A DNA stretch of 15,656 nucleotides from a virus, in UHGV virus genome UHGV-0056727. One strand, given 5' to 3'. The translations under genes were made by a program, and so were the position numbers. Shown here piece by piece: positions 7,447 through 15,656 of this stretch; the stretch's first letter is position 1, and each line of letters starts with the position of its first letter. The notes below the pieces were generated by a model. It worked only from the letters and a program-made list of their open reading frames with translations. It was not told where the DNA came from and ran no database searches.

Positions 7447-7713
7447 ATGTTGCATAGAGTTTTATGGAAAAGCGTTATTGTCGGCGCGATACTGGCTATA
7501 TCTGGGTGTGCAATGGTGCAATACAACGACGGTGAAAAGGTAAGCATACAGTCAGATGGTTGGTATGGCCTGGATAGCCTGCAAAAAACCGCAGATAAAG
7601 CCTGTCAGCAATATGGGAAGTCTAAAGCAGTATATCAGCATAGCGCGAACGCTAACCCTCATCTAGCGCCCGGTTCGGGTGTTCAGAATACCATCTGGAA
7701 ATGTGAGCCTTAA
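7447..7713 (+). CDS. Putative lipoprotein (88 aa; signal peptide with lipobox LAISG-C)
   Basis: N-terminus [21 protein letters not shown] is a classic lipoprotein signal. It sits where P1 has a small gene next to hot (possibly lxr, symbol not certain). Confidence 0.6.
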   Translation: MLHRVLWKSVIVGAILAISGCAMVQYNDGEKVSIQSDGWYGLDSLQKTADKACQQYGKSKAVYQHSANANPHLAPGSGVQNTIWKCEP

Positions 7714-7715
7714 AT

Positions 7716-7967
7716 ATGAGCGACTGGAATATTGCAGCTAAAAGTCAGGAAGAACGGGATAAGGTTAACGTTGATCTGGCTGCCAGCGGTGTGGCGTACA
7801 AAGAGCGATTGAACATACCTGTCATAGCTGAACAGGTAGCCCGCGAGCAACCAGAGAATCTGCGCACCTATTTCATGGAACGGTTACGGCACTATCGGCA
7901 GTTAAGCCTCCAGTTGCCAAAAGGGAGCGATCCGGTGTATCAGAACGAGGATGCACCAAAAAAATAA
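7716..7967 (+). CDS. hot: Hot, homolog of DNA polymerase III theta subunit (HolE)
   Basis: Block [43 protein letters not shown] closely matches E. coli theta as I recall it. Position immediately upstream of humD as in P1. Confidence 0.85.
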   Translation: MSDWNIAAKSQEERDKVNVDLAASGVAYKERLNIPVIAEQVAREQPENLRTYFMERLRHYRQLSLQLPKGSDPVYQNEDAPKK

Positions 7968-8052
7968 CGGCAAGATGGGGGAGAAATGTGATTAGCCCCC
8001 AGCGTGGCGCGCCTACAAACCCCGCTTTCACAAACTATGCCTTTTCAATGTA

Positions 8053-8072
8053 TACTGTATGAATAAACAGTA
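8053..8072 (+). promoter_or_regulatory. LexA (SOS) box TACTGTATGAATAAACAGTA upstream of humD
   Basis: CTGT-N8-ACAG core with flanks close to the SOS-box consensus TACTGTATATATATACAGTA. Lies 19 nt upstream of the humD ATG, overlapping a TATACT -10-like hexamer. Confidence 0.8.
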
Positions 8073-8090
8073 TCATTGAGGTAAAACGCT

Positions 8091-8480
8091 ATGGGCTTCC
8101 CTTCTCCTGCGGCGGATTATGTTGAAAGCCGAATTTCTCTTGATCAGCAGATAATTAGACATCCTTCAGCGACCTACTTCATGCGGGCAGCTGATAGCCA
8201 TCACCGTGAGGGAATATTGCAGGGTGCTTTGCTGGTGGTTGATTCCTCGCTTACTCCGGTTGATGGTTCTCTGCTTGTGTGCGCTATGGAGGGTGAATAT
8301 CGCATAAAGAGATACAGGAAGTATCCGCGCCAGCACCTGGAGGACTTAAGCACCGGGAAGAAAGAGGCGTTACCAGTAGATGACGATGGATACACGGGCA
8401 GTAATGCTGTTTTTGGTGTGATCACTCATGTCATCAATGATGCCCGAAGTGGGGAATTTGATGATTGTCCGGTTATTTAA
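8091..8480 (+). CDS. humD: HumD, UmuD'-like translesion-synthesis accessory protein (129 aa)
   Basis: Starts GFPSPAADYVE..RI.L.Q.I.HPSATYF, which corresponds to the processed (UmuD') N-terminus of E. coli UmuD. GAGGT RBS and LexA box upstream. Confidence 0.9.
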   Translation: MGFPSPAADYVESRISLDQQIIRHPSATYFMRAADSHHREGILQGALLVVDSSLTPVDGSLLVCAMEGEYRIKRYRKYPRQHLEDLSTGKKEALPVDDDGYTGSNAVFGVITHVINDARSGEFDDCPVI

Positions 8481-8515
8481 GCTGCAAAGTGCTGGTGCTT
8501 TATGCCTGTGAAGTT

Positions 8516-8549
8516 TATAATTGTGTACACATAACGAGTACACGAGGTG
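8516..8549 (+). promoter_or_regulatory. phd-doc promoter/operator: TATAAT -10 followed by palindrome TGTGTACACA and half-palindromic GAGTACAC
   Basis: Perfect 10-bp palindrome at 8522-8531 and a related site at 8536-8543, between the -10 and the SD. Consistent with autoregulatory Phd binding sites. Confidence 0.6.
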
Positions 8550-8552
8550 TTT

Positions 8553-8774
8553 ATGCAATCCATTAACTTCCGTACCGCGCGTGGCAACCTTTCTGAAGTG
8601 CTCAACAATGTTGAAGCCGGGGAAGAGGTTGAAATCACCCGCAGAGGCCGTGAGCCAGCAGTAATTGTCAGCAAGGCTACTTTCGAAGCCTACAAAAAAG
8701 CGGCGCTGGATGCTGAATTTGCATCCCTGTTTGACACCCTGGACTCCACCAACAAGGAACTGGTTAACCGATAA
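8553..8774 (+). CDS. phd: Phd antitoxin (prevent host death), 73 aa
   Basis: [49 protein letters not shown]... matches my recollection of P1 Phd. Stop overlaps the doc ATG (TAATG). Confidence 0.92.
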
Positions 8775-9154
8775 TGAGGCATATATCACCGGAAGAACTT
8801 ATTGCGCTTCATGATGCGAATATAAGCCGCTACGGCGGCCTGCCGGGAATGTCAGATCCGGGTAGGGCAGAGGCCATTATCGGGAGAGTTCAGGCCAGAG
8901 TTGCCTACGAAGAGATCACCGACCTTTTCGAAGTCTCCGCCACCTACCTGGTGGCTACGGCGAGAGGGCATATATTCAATGATGCCAATAAGCGTACCGC
9001 GCTAAACAGTGCGCTGCTATTTCTACGCCGTAACGGGGTGCAGGTATTTGATTCACCTGAACTGGCAGACCTTACCGTAGGCGCTGCGACTGGCGAGATA
9101 TCTGTATCTTCTGTCGCCGACACGTTACGTAGATTGTATGGTTCTGCGGAGTAG
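8774..9154 (+). CDS. doc: Doc toxin (death on curing; Fic-fold kinase), 126 aa
   Basis: [25 protein letters not shown]... includes the Fic-like HxFx(D/N)(A/G)NKR motif (HIFNDANKR). Coupled to phd. Confidence 0.92.
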
Positions 9155-9158
9155 ATTA

Positions 9159-9338
9159 ATGGCACGCAAATACAACAAGTTGTCCCGTGAAGCGTTAAAG
9201 ATGCTTCTTGATGGCGTGAGTCGCCGCAAGGTAAAGCAATACCTGGTTGGTAAGCAAATTGGTGCCAGGACAGCTATTGCTGTGTTATGCCGTCAGGAAA
9301 TGGTTGTGCTTAAACAGAGAATGCCGGGCAGCAGATAA
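9159..9338 (+). CDS. pdcA: Small basic protein (59 aa), position of P1 pdcA
   Basis: ATG 9159 with GGAG upstream, immediately after doc. Symbol assigned by synteny only. Confidence 0.5.
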   Translation: MARKYNKLSREALKMLLDGVSRRKVKQYLVGKQIGARTAIAVLCRQEMVVLKQRMPGSR

Positions 9339-9365
9339 AGCCCAATCAGTGATTAAAGGTGTGAT

Positions 9366-10409
9366 GTGAAAGCCGTAATTACTCCATTTGTACAGAAAGA
9401 GCTTGGCCTCGCCACGTTCAAAGTGGATCAGGAGGTCAGAAAGCTGGTGGAGGCTGGCCGTAAATTTATTATGGAGCCGGTGCCGCGTGAGTTAATCGAG
9501 CACATGGAAGACGGCCTCGTTGTTACCGAGCAAACCATGGCAACAAATGAGGCGTTGCAGCCGTTTTTTAACAGCGATGAACTGTTTCGCCGTATTGGTG
9601 GAATTGACGCGCTGGTGGCGTGGTTGCGTAGGAAAGAGGGTCAATGCCAGGCCGCAGATCGTAGTTGGTGTGACAACCATATTGTCCACGCTGAACGAGA
9701 CAATAGCGCGGTGTTGTTGTGCTGGCATCACGATAACCATTACCGGATGCGTGGTTTTAATGAGCTGAAAGAAACGCTGCACAATAATCGCGTTAACTGG
9801 ATACTGGATGTCGCCCGTCAGGAAATGGGCCTTTCAAATAGCCATGATTTAAGTATTCAGGAGCTGTGCTGGTGGGCTTTCATGCGCAACATGATGCACC
9901 TGATGCCGGAAGAAGTCTGCCGCATATCAATAAATAAGATGAAGGCTACTCCGCAGGATAGCGGACCTCTGAAAGAGGCGGATATTCGCCCGTATGACGA
10001 TCGCGCTACAGCATATGTTCAGATGATGGAAGAACGCGCCGCGCCGATGCGTGCAAAAGTATGCCCTGTGGATGTTGACTCCGACCCTGGCATGGCGCAT
10101 TTCAAAATACCAAAACTGCAATCGCTAAAATTACCTGAGTACATGGACTTTGTTGCTTCCCGTCCATGCTGTGGGTGTGGAGCTGCGGGAGCTGGCGCTC
10201 ACATTACGCCTTATATCGTTCGTCATAGTCGATTATGCGCGCATGACATTTACGCAATTCCTCTGTGCCAGTCATGCCAGCGTGATATTGAGCGTGACCG
10301 CGATAATTGGGAGAAGACGCACGGTAGGTTGGCGATGCATCAACGATTGTTCTTTGATTACGCGCTTGGAGTGGGCGTTATCACAAGTCATTCGTCGAGT
10401 GTTAGATAA
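9366..10409 (+). CDS. pdcB: PdcB-position protein (347 aa), GTG start, Cys/His-rich C-terminal segment
   Basis: GTG 9366 with AAAGGTG RBS. C-terminal CCGCG...H...CAH...CQSC cluster. Symbol by synteny. Confidence 0.6.
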   Translation: MKAVITPFVQKELGLATFKVDQEVRKLVEAGRKFIMEPVPRELIEHMEDGLVVTEQTMATNEALQPFFNSDELFRRIGGIDALVAWLRRKEGQCQAADRSWCDNHIVHAERDNSAVLLCWHHDNHYRMRGFNELKETLHNNRVNWILDVARQEMGLSNSHDLSIQELCWWAFMRNMMHLMPEEVCRISINKMKATPQDSGPLKEADIRPYDDRATAYVQMMEERAAPMRAKVCPVDVDSDPGMAHFKIPKLQSLKLPEYMDFVASRPCCGCGAAGAGAHITPYIVRHSRLCAHDIYAIPLCQSCQRDIERDRDNWEKTHGRLAMHQRLFFDYALGVGVITSHSSSVR

Positions 10410-10410
10410 A

Positions 10411-10427
10411 ATTGCTCTAATGTATTG
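10411..10427 (+). promoter_or_regulatory. C1 operator-like 17-mer ATTGCTCTAATGTATTG upstream of lpa
   Basis: 13/17 match to the asymmetric C1 operator consensus ATTGCTCTAATAAATTT, starting 2 nt after the pdcB stop. Confidence 0.55.
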
Positions 10428-10497
10428 CTATTTCTTTAATCTAGGGTGTTATATTCCACGTTGATTAGTTGACATGGGCTAATCAGTAGGTGACAGG

Positions 10498-10950
10498 ATG
10501 TTACTTAACTGGCAGGGACGCCACTTCATGGAAATAAATCACTCACGAATAACATCGTACGAGATTGCGGATTACATGATCCGCACTAAATCTCTTCTAT
10601 CAGCGAAAGAACTCGCAGCAATTCTTGAAAAGGAATACCCGCATCTGGATGTCGATAAGCGCGATGTTTATCTGCGCTTAAAGGCTATCGCTGTGTCTAA
10701 GTATTCGTCTGTTTTGATAGATGACAGTACACGCCCACGTAGATTTCAGATCCACTCTCTGAATCCTGAATTCTTTCGCCGTAGCCGCGCTCCGCGCCGG
10801 TTTGATGAAAAACTCCAGAACGAACTCTATATGACGCAGGACGAAAAGGAACGCCGGGAGCACCAGCCTTGGGTAATGGCGCGTCAACTTTTCAATAAGG
10901 TGGCCCGTCAGCACCGTCATTACGGTAATGCCACATCCGCACGTATCTGA
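10498..10950 (+). CDS. lpa: Lpa (late promoter activator, gp10)-position protein, 150 aa (alternative ATG at 10528)
   Basis: ATG 10498 with AGGTGA RBS. Sits between pdcB and pacA as in P1, preceded by a C1 operator-like site. Symbol by synteny. Confidence 0.6.
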   Translation: MLLNWQGRHFMEINHSRITSYEIADYMIRTKSLLSAKELAAILEKEYPHLDVDKRDVYLRLKAIAVSKYSSVLIDDSTRPRRFQIHSLNPEFFRRSRAPRRFDEKLQNELYMTQDEKERREHQPWVMARQLFNKVARQHRHYGNATSARI

Positions 10951-11035
10951 TTGATTGCTTGCCCGTTCCGGGCCTTTTGACATGTGACTTTCGTTACCCT
11001 CGCGTCAAAAAGAGTTTTTACGAAAGGAAGCATAA

Positions 11036-12229
11036 GTGACCTGGGACGATCACAAGAAGAATTTTGCTCGCCTGGCGCGAGATGGTGGTTACACCATCGC
11101 ACAGTATGCCGCCGAGTTTAATCTTAACCCTAATACCGCACGTCGTTATCTCCGTGCCTTCAAAGAAGACACCAGGACTACGGACAGCCGCAAGCCAAAT
11201 AAGCCAGTCAGGAAGCCACTAAAAAGCATGATCATTGATCACTCTAATGATCAACATGCAGGTGATCACATTTCGGCTGAAATAGCGGAAAAACAAAGAG
11301 TTAATGCCGTTGTCAGTGCCGCAGTCGAGAATGCGAAGCGCCAAAATAAGCGCATAAATGATCGTTCAGATGATCATGACGTGATCACCCGCGCCCACCG
11401 GACCTTACGTGATCGCCTGGAACGCGACACCCTGGATGATGATGGTGAACGCTTTGAATTCGAAGCTGGCGATTACCTGATAGATAACGTTGAAGCGCGG
11501 AAGGCCGCGCGCGCTATGTTGCGTCGGTCCGGGGCCGATGTTCTGGAAACCACTCTTCTGGAAAAGTCTCTTTCTCATCTCCTTATGCTGGAGAACGCCA
11601 GGGATACGTGTATTCGCCTAGTGCAGGAAATGCGCGATCAGCAAAAAGACGATGATGAAGGTACTCCGCCTGAATACCGTATCGCGAGCATGCTAAACAG
11701 CTGTTCCGCGCAGATAAGCAGCCTGATCAACACCATTTACAGCATCCGGAATAACTATCGAAAAGAAAGCCGGGAGGCGGAAAAGCACGCTTTATCTATG
11801 GGGCAAGCTGGCATTGTTAAGCTGGCATACGAACGAAAGCGTGAAAATAACTGGTCAGTGCTGGAAGCGGCTGAATTCATCGAGGCGCATGGAGGAAAAG
11901 TGCCGCCCCTGATGCTGGAGCAAATCAAAGCCGATCTGCGTGCTCCTAAGACCAATACCGATGATGAGGAAAACCAAACAGCATCTGGCGCTCCATCACT
12001 TGAAGATCTGGATAAAATCGCGCGAGAACGGGCCGCCAGCCGCCGCGCTGATGCGGCATTGTGGATTGAGCATCGTAGAGAAGAAATTGCCGATATCGTC
12101 GATACAGGTGGTTATGGTGATGTCGATGCGGAAGGCATATCAAACGAAGCATGGCTTGAACAGGATCTGGACGAAGACGAGGAGGAAGACGAAGAAGTTA
12201 CCCGCAAACTGTACGGGGATGATGATTAA
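11036..12229 (+). CDS. pacA: PacA, small terminase / pac-recognition subunit (397 aa), acidic C-terminal tail
   Basis: GTG 11036 with AAGGAAG RBS. N-terminus [10 protein letters not shown]... The pac hexamer array lies inside the 5' part of the gene, as in P1. Stop overlaps the pacB ATG. Confidence 0.85.
11229..11387 (+). other. pac packaging site: 4 + 3 TGATC(A/G) hexamers, each carrying a Dam GATC, flanking the cleavage region
   Basis: TGATCA at 11229, 11236, 11248 and 11263; TGATCG at 11359; TGATCA at 11371 and 11382. This is the arrangement described for P1 pac. Confidence 0.8.
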
Positions 12230-13713
12230 TGGCCAGAAGTTGCGTAACGGACCCACGTTGGCGCGAGCTGGTGGCGCTATATCGTTATGACTGGATTGCG
12301 GCCGCTGATGTGTTGTTTGGGAAGACACCAACCTGGCAGCAGGATGAGATCATTGAGTCCACGCAGCAGGACGGCAGTTGGACAAGTGTGACCTCCGGCC
12401 ATGGTACTGGTAAATCGGATATGACGAGTATCATTGCAATACTCTTCATCATGTTTTTCCCCGGCGCTCGCGTCATTCTGGTCGCTAACAAAAGACAGCA
12501 AGTCCTTGATGGTATTTTCAAATACATAAAGAGCAATTGGGCTACTGCTGTTAGCAGATTCCCGTGGTTGTCGAAGTATTTCATTCTTACAGAAACGTCT
12601 TTTTTTGAGGTGACTGGCAAGGGTGTTTGGACAATATTGATAAAGTCCTGTCGCCCCGGAAATGAGGAGGCGTTGGCTGGTGAACACGCCGATCATCTCT
12701 TGTATATCATCGACGAAGCGTCGGGTGTGAGTGATAAAGCATTCAGTGTGATAACAGGTGCGCTGACCGGTAAGGATAACCGTATTCTGCTTCTTTCCCA
12801 GCCTACGCGACCTTCAGGCTATTTCTACGATTCACACCACAGACTAGCTATTCGCCCGGGAAATCCTGATGGATTGTTTACTGCGATAATACTGAATAGT
12901 GAAGAATCTCCGCTTGTAGATGCAAAATTTATACGAGCAAAACTTGCGGAGTATGGCGGTCGTGATAACCCCATGTACATGATCAAAGTACGTGGTGAAT
13001 TTCCCAAATCTCAAGATGGCTTTCTTCTTGGTCGTGATGAGGTTGAGCGGGCGACGCGGCGAAAGGTCAAGATTGCCAAAGGATGGGGCTGGGTTGCATG
13101 TGTTGACGTTGCTGGTGGCACAGGACGAGATAAGTCCGTTATTAATATCATGATGGTGTCCGGCCAGCGAAATAAACGCCGTGTAATCAACTATCGTATG
13201 CTGGAATACACAGACGTTACAGAAACGCAGTTAGCCGCCAAGATTTTCGCAGAATGTAACCCAGAACGGTTCCCGAACATAACCATAGCTATTGATGGCG
13301 ATGGCTTGGGGAAATCGACGGCTGATCTAATGTACGAACGCTATGGCATTACCGTCCAGCGTATCCGCTGGGGTAAAAAGATGCACAGCCGTGAAGATAA
13401 AAGCCTTTATTTCGATATGCGCGCTTTCGCGAATATTCAGGCGGCAGAAGCTGTAAAATCAGGGCGTATGAGGCTTGATAAGGGGGCTGCGACTATAGAG
13501 GAAGCATCAAAGATACCGGTAGGGATAAATTCCGCAGGTCAATGGAAGGTGATGTCAAAGGAAGATATGAAGAAAAAACTCAACCTGCACTCACCGGACC
13601 ATTGGGATACATATTGTTTCGCTATGTTGGCGAACTATGTTCCCCAAGATGAAGTGCTTAGCGTCGAAGACGAAGCGCAGGTTGATGAAGCTCTGGCATG
13701 GCTTAATGAATAA
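12229..13713 (+). CDS. pacB: PacB, large terminase subunit (494 aa)
   Basis: Walker A-like [14 protein letters not shown] motif, and the length and position expected for P1 PacB. Confidence 0.9.
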
Positions 13714-13738
13714 CAATTTGACCATGCCGGATGGAAAA

Positions 13739-14590
13739 CTATTGCGCGCTTTCGGGGTTGCTGTTTACTGGCTGCCCCTTCTTAGTTTTACGGCTGCGCG
13801 TAACTGATGCGGCTGATTTGACCTTTTTCTCTTCGCGAGTGATGGCAATTTGTTTTTTTACATTTTCAATATCTGCCAGGCGATATATTTTTGCCTGCGG
13901 CCAGCGGTCGCAGATGATCGGTTCTATAGAGTCATAAAGGCTAAATTTTGCTTTCTCGAATTCACCGTTGATGATGATTCCATCACGGAGAGTTTCATCG
14001 CAGATAAACACACCACACAGCGGCACATGGTAACTAACTGATTTACCATCATTGTAGTTAGGGCTACTGGAAATGTAATGGACGCGCAGCATTGTTTCGC
14101 TAAAGCCGTGTACACGCATACGGAATTTTTCATCCTCCGGGTACTGCTTCATTAGCTCTTTTGTTGCTTCCAGGTTCTCTATGTATTTCGCACTGTGCTC
14201 ATTGATCCCCGCGCTTTTCTGGATGCGAATGTCCTTATCAATCAGATGAATAATGCGGCCAGCGGTCATGTTGACGCTGTTCACAGCTTCTGTCTGATAA
14301 GTAGTAACCTTACGCACACCGCGAAGGATGTTAGGCACTGGATATAAAATAGTCTTTGGGATATTGAGGTCTGGGTACTGTTCCAGTTCCCGCGCCATTA
14401 AAGTCCATTTATCAATTTCAGCCTGAATGCTGTCCGTTTCTTTGAACGGCAGAACGACAACCGGGCGAACAGGACGACCGTCGCTGGCGGCATCAACGTG
14501 TTGGGCGCGTGCAACAGCTTTTTTTAGAAAGAGATCCCTGAAGCTGACGAACTCCTGGTACAGTTGTTCGCCGTAGACATAATTTATCAT
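13739..14590 (-). CDS. c1: C1 repressor of lysis (283 aa)
   Basis: MINYVYGEQLYQEFVSFRDLFLKK... matches my recollection of P1 C1. Strong GGAGGAGG RBS. Convergent with pacB, 25 bp between stops. Confidence 0.92.
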   Translation of the reverse strand: MINYVYGEQLYQEFVSFRDLFLKKAVARAQHVDAASDGRPVRPVVVLPFKETDSIQAEIDKWTLMARELEQYPDLNIPKTILYPVPNILRGVRKVTTYQTEAVNSVNMTAGRIIHLIDKDIRIQKSAGINEHSAKYIENLEATKELMKQYPEDEKFRMRVHGFSETMLRVHYISSSPNYNDGKSVSYHVPLCGVFICDETLRDGIIINGEFEKAKFSLYDSIEPIICDRWPQAKIYRLADIENVKKQIAITREEKKVKSAASVTRSRKTKKGQPVNSNPESAQ

Positions 14591-14612
14591 TGATCCTCCT
14601 CCAGAATTGACA

Positions 14613-14655
14613 TGGCCAACAACTCACAGCGGATTACACTGGGAGTTGTTGGCCA
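14613..14655. repeat. Perfect 13-bp inverted repeat TGGCCAACAACTC-N17-GAGTTGTTGGCCA in the c1 leader
   Basis: Read directly from the sequence. Lies between the coi stop and the c1 start, with no U-run after it on the transcribed strand. Confidence 0.6.
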
Positions 14656-14684
14656 CCATTATAGAAGGATCCAACGAAAATAAT

Positions 14685-14701
14685 AGATTTATTAGTGCAT
14701 T
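14685..14701 (-). promoter_or_regulatory. C1 operator-like site (14/17 on the minus strand) at the coi stop / c1 leader
   Basis: Plus-strand AGATTTATTAGTGCATT compared with the reverse-complement consensus AAATTTATTAGAGCAAT. Confidence 0.45.
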
Positions 14702-14910
14702 TATTGTGAGTCTGGCTGGTTAGTGGCCATGAGATATTCGATTGTGTCAGTGAGATCATCCAGGTCGTCTTGGGTGATGCGGTACTCCTGATTGGATATC
14801 TTTGAGTAGTGTTCAGCAATGGCGCGGGCAGCGTCGGTTTCGGCGGGGTCTACAGATAAAGCGTTAGAGCAATGTCTAACGTCGTCGATGGTTGGTGGAA
14901 TGAAAGCCAT
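14701..14910 (-). CDS. coi: Coi, C1 inactivator (69 aa)
   Basis: 69-aa acidic protein immediately upstream of c1 in the same orientation, as in P1 immC. Confidence 0.85.
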   Translation of the reverse strand: MAFIPPTIDDVRHCSNALSVDPAETDAARAIAEHYSKISNQEYRITQDDLDDLTDTIEYLMATNQPDSQ

Positions 14911-15148
14911 AATTATGCCTCACTGTATTGACAACACAGAGCCTGAAGCTCTGACCTACTGTTTCACCCATGATCCATGCTGGGGTAATCTAACAACATT
15001 GCGCTGTGTGTAAGATGAGCAATGCATAGCTGTAATGCCGTTGTATAAGGTTTCCCTGTTTGCTCATTTCCTTCTGAGCCGCTCTACAACGCTGAAGACA
15101 CATTAAATAGTGAATCCAAAGTCGTATTACGAAACGGCGGCAAAACTA

Positions 15149-15165
15149 TAATTTATTAGAGCAAT
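15149..15165 (-). promoter_or_regulatory. C1 operator (16/17) within a TTGACA-N15/16-TATAGT-like promoter reading toward coi and c1
   Basis: Minus strand reads TTGACAATTGCTCTAATAAATTATAGTT; the operator fills the promoter spacer. Confidence 0.65.
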
Positions 15166-15231
15166 TGTCAAACAACTATGAAAAACAATCCAGTTTTTGG
15201 CTGGTGGAGTGGGATTTTTCTCTCAAAATTT

Positions 15232-15248
15232 ATTGCTCTAATAATTCT
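15232..15248 (+). promoter_or_regulatory. C1 operator-like 17-mer ATTGCTCTAATAATTCT (15/17)
   Basis: Faces the operator at 15149-15165, 43 bp before loxP. Confidence 0.6.
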
Positions 15249-15291
15249 TGATTTTTATGCGCAGCTGGACGTAAACTCCTCTTCAGACCTA

Positions 15292-15325
15292 ATAACTTCG
15301 TATAGCATACATTATACGAAGTTAT
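15292..15325 (+). other. loxP site (ATAACTTCGTATA-GCATACAT-TATACGAAGTTAT)
   Basis: Exact 34-bp canonical loxP: 13-bp inverted arms around the 8-bp asymmetric spacer. Confidence 0.95.
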
Positions 15326-15396
15326 CTTAAGGGTTATTGAACATGATTAATTTACCTGTAAATCCATACAGTTCAATACCTTATCAGGTCAAATAG

Positions 15397-15418
15397 TGAT
15401 CACTTGATCATTTGATCA
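15397..15418 (+). repeat. Three TGATCA hexamers (Dam sites) phased at exactly 8 bp
   Basis: TGATCA at 15397, 15405 and 15413, followed by an 8-bp inverted repeat GCGCTACG...CGTAGCGC (15424-15482). Probably a methylation-sensitive promoter region downstream of loxP. Confidence 0.55.
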
Positions 15419-15514
15419 AGGTTGCGCTACGTAAAATCTGCGAAATGTTGGCAGTGTTAGTGCTCCAGATTTCGCGTAGCGCACTTAGCACCACCAATCA
15501 ATCAGAGGTGAAAA

Positions 15515-15656
15515 ATGGGATATTCAGCTGCTAAAGTGTCCACTCATCTTGAGCTTGAGAAAAACCGTGGTTACTGGCGGGCAAAAGGGTTTGATCGTGA
15601 TAGTTGCCAACTGTCATTATCGCGCGGTGAAGAGAAAATAGAACGCACGCGCGGTC
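15515..15656 (+). CDS. Hypothetical protein, N-terminal 47 codons (3' end beyond the window); not Cre
   Basis: ATG 15515 with GAGGTG RBS 4 nt upstream, open to the window end. MGYSAAKVSTHLELEKNRGYW... has no resemblance to the Cre N-terminus MSNLLTVHQ... Confidence 0.4.
   Translation, partial: MGYSAAKVSTHLELEKNRGYWRAKGFDRDSCQLSLSRGEEKIERTRG

Noticed and set aside
7977-8000. GGGGG-N14-CCCCC stem-loop after hot
   Set aside because: Large loop and no U-run, so not a convincing terminator. Possibly incidental.
10961-10979. Short hairpin GCCCG-TTC-CGGGC followed by CTTTTG after lpa
   Set aside because: Only a 5-bp stem and a 4-T run. Too weak to call a terminator with confidence.
13731-15013. 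Plus-strand ORFs 13731..13937, 13850..14041 and 14819..15013
   Set aside because: Antisense to c1 and coi, which are supported by protein recognition and strong RBSs.
15119-15128. TAATACGACT on the minus strand, identical to the first 10 nt of the T7 promoter
   Set aside because: The match is broken by a 7-nt insertion before CACTAT, and there is no T7-like context. Most likely coincidental.
14911-15290. Small minus-strand ORFs (about 23-37 aa, for example 14990..15103) as possible imcA/imcB
   Set aside because: I cannot recall the P1 ImcA/ImcB sequences and the candidates lack RBSs, so they are left unannotated.
15326-15656. Cre recombinase gene
   Set aside because: Neither the Cre N-terminus nor its C-terminus is encoded on either strand in the visible sequence after loxP. 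Cre is probably just beyond the window end.

Overview
This 15.7-kb window reads as a P1-family phage / plasmid-prophage segment that crosses the loxP site. All calls rest on reading the ORF translations, motifs and gene order from memory; no database search was run. The right half (7.4-15.7 kb) is the recognisable P1 backbone: a lipoprotein gene and hot, LexA-box-controlled humD, the phd-doc addiction module, pdcA/pdcB, lpa, pacA-pacB with the internal hexamer pac site, then convergent c1 and coi with several C1 operator-like 17-mers, and a canonical 34-bp loxP. The left 7.4 kb is a dense + strand chain of small, mostly translationally coupled genes: Ead/Ea22-like paralogs, a DUF551-like protein, acidic small proteins and short membrane peptides. 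Within it are one apparently frameshifted gene and an AT-rich insert, which I consider the best candidates for an undescribed accessory function. Cre is not in the window; an unrelated ORF starts about 190 bp past loxP. No rRNA, tRNA, CRISPR array or transposase was seen.
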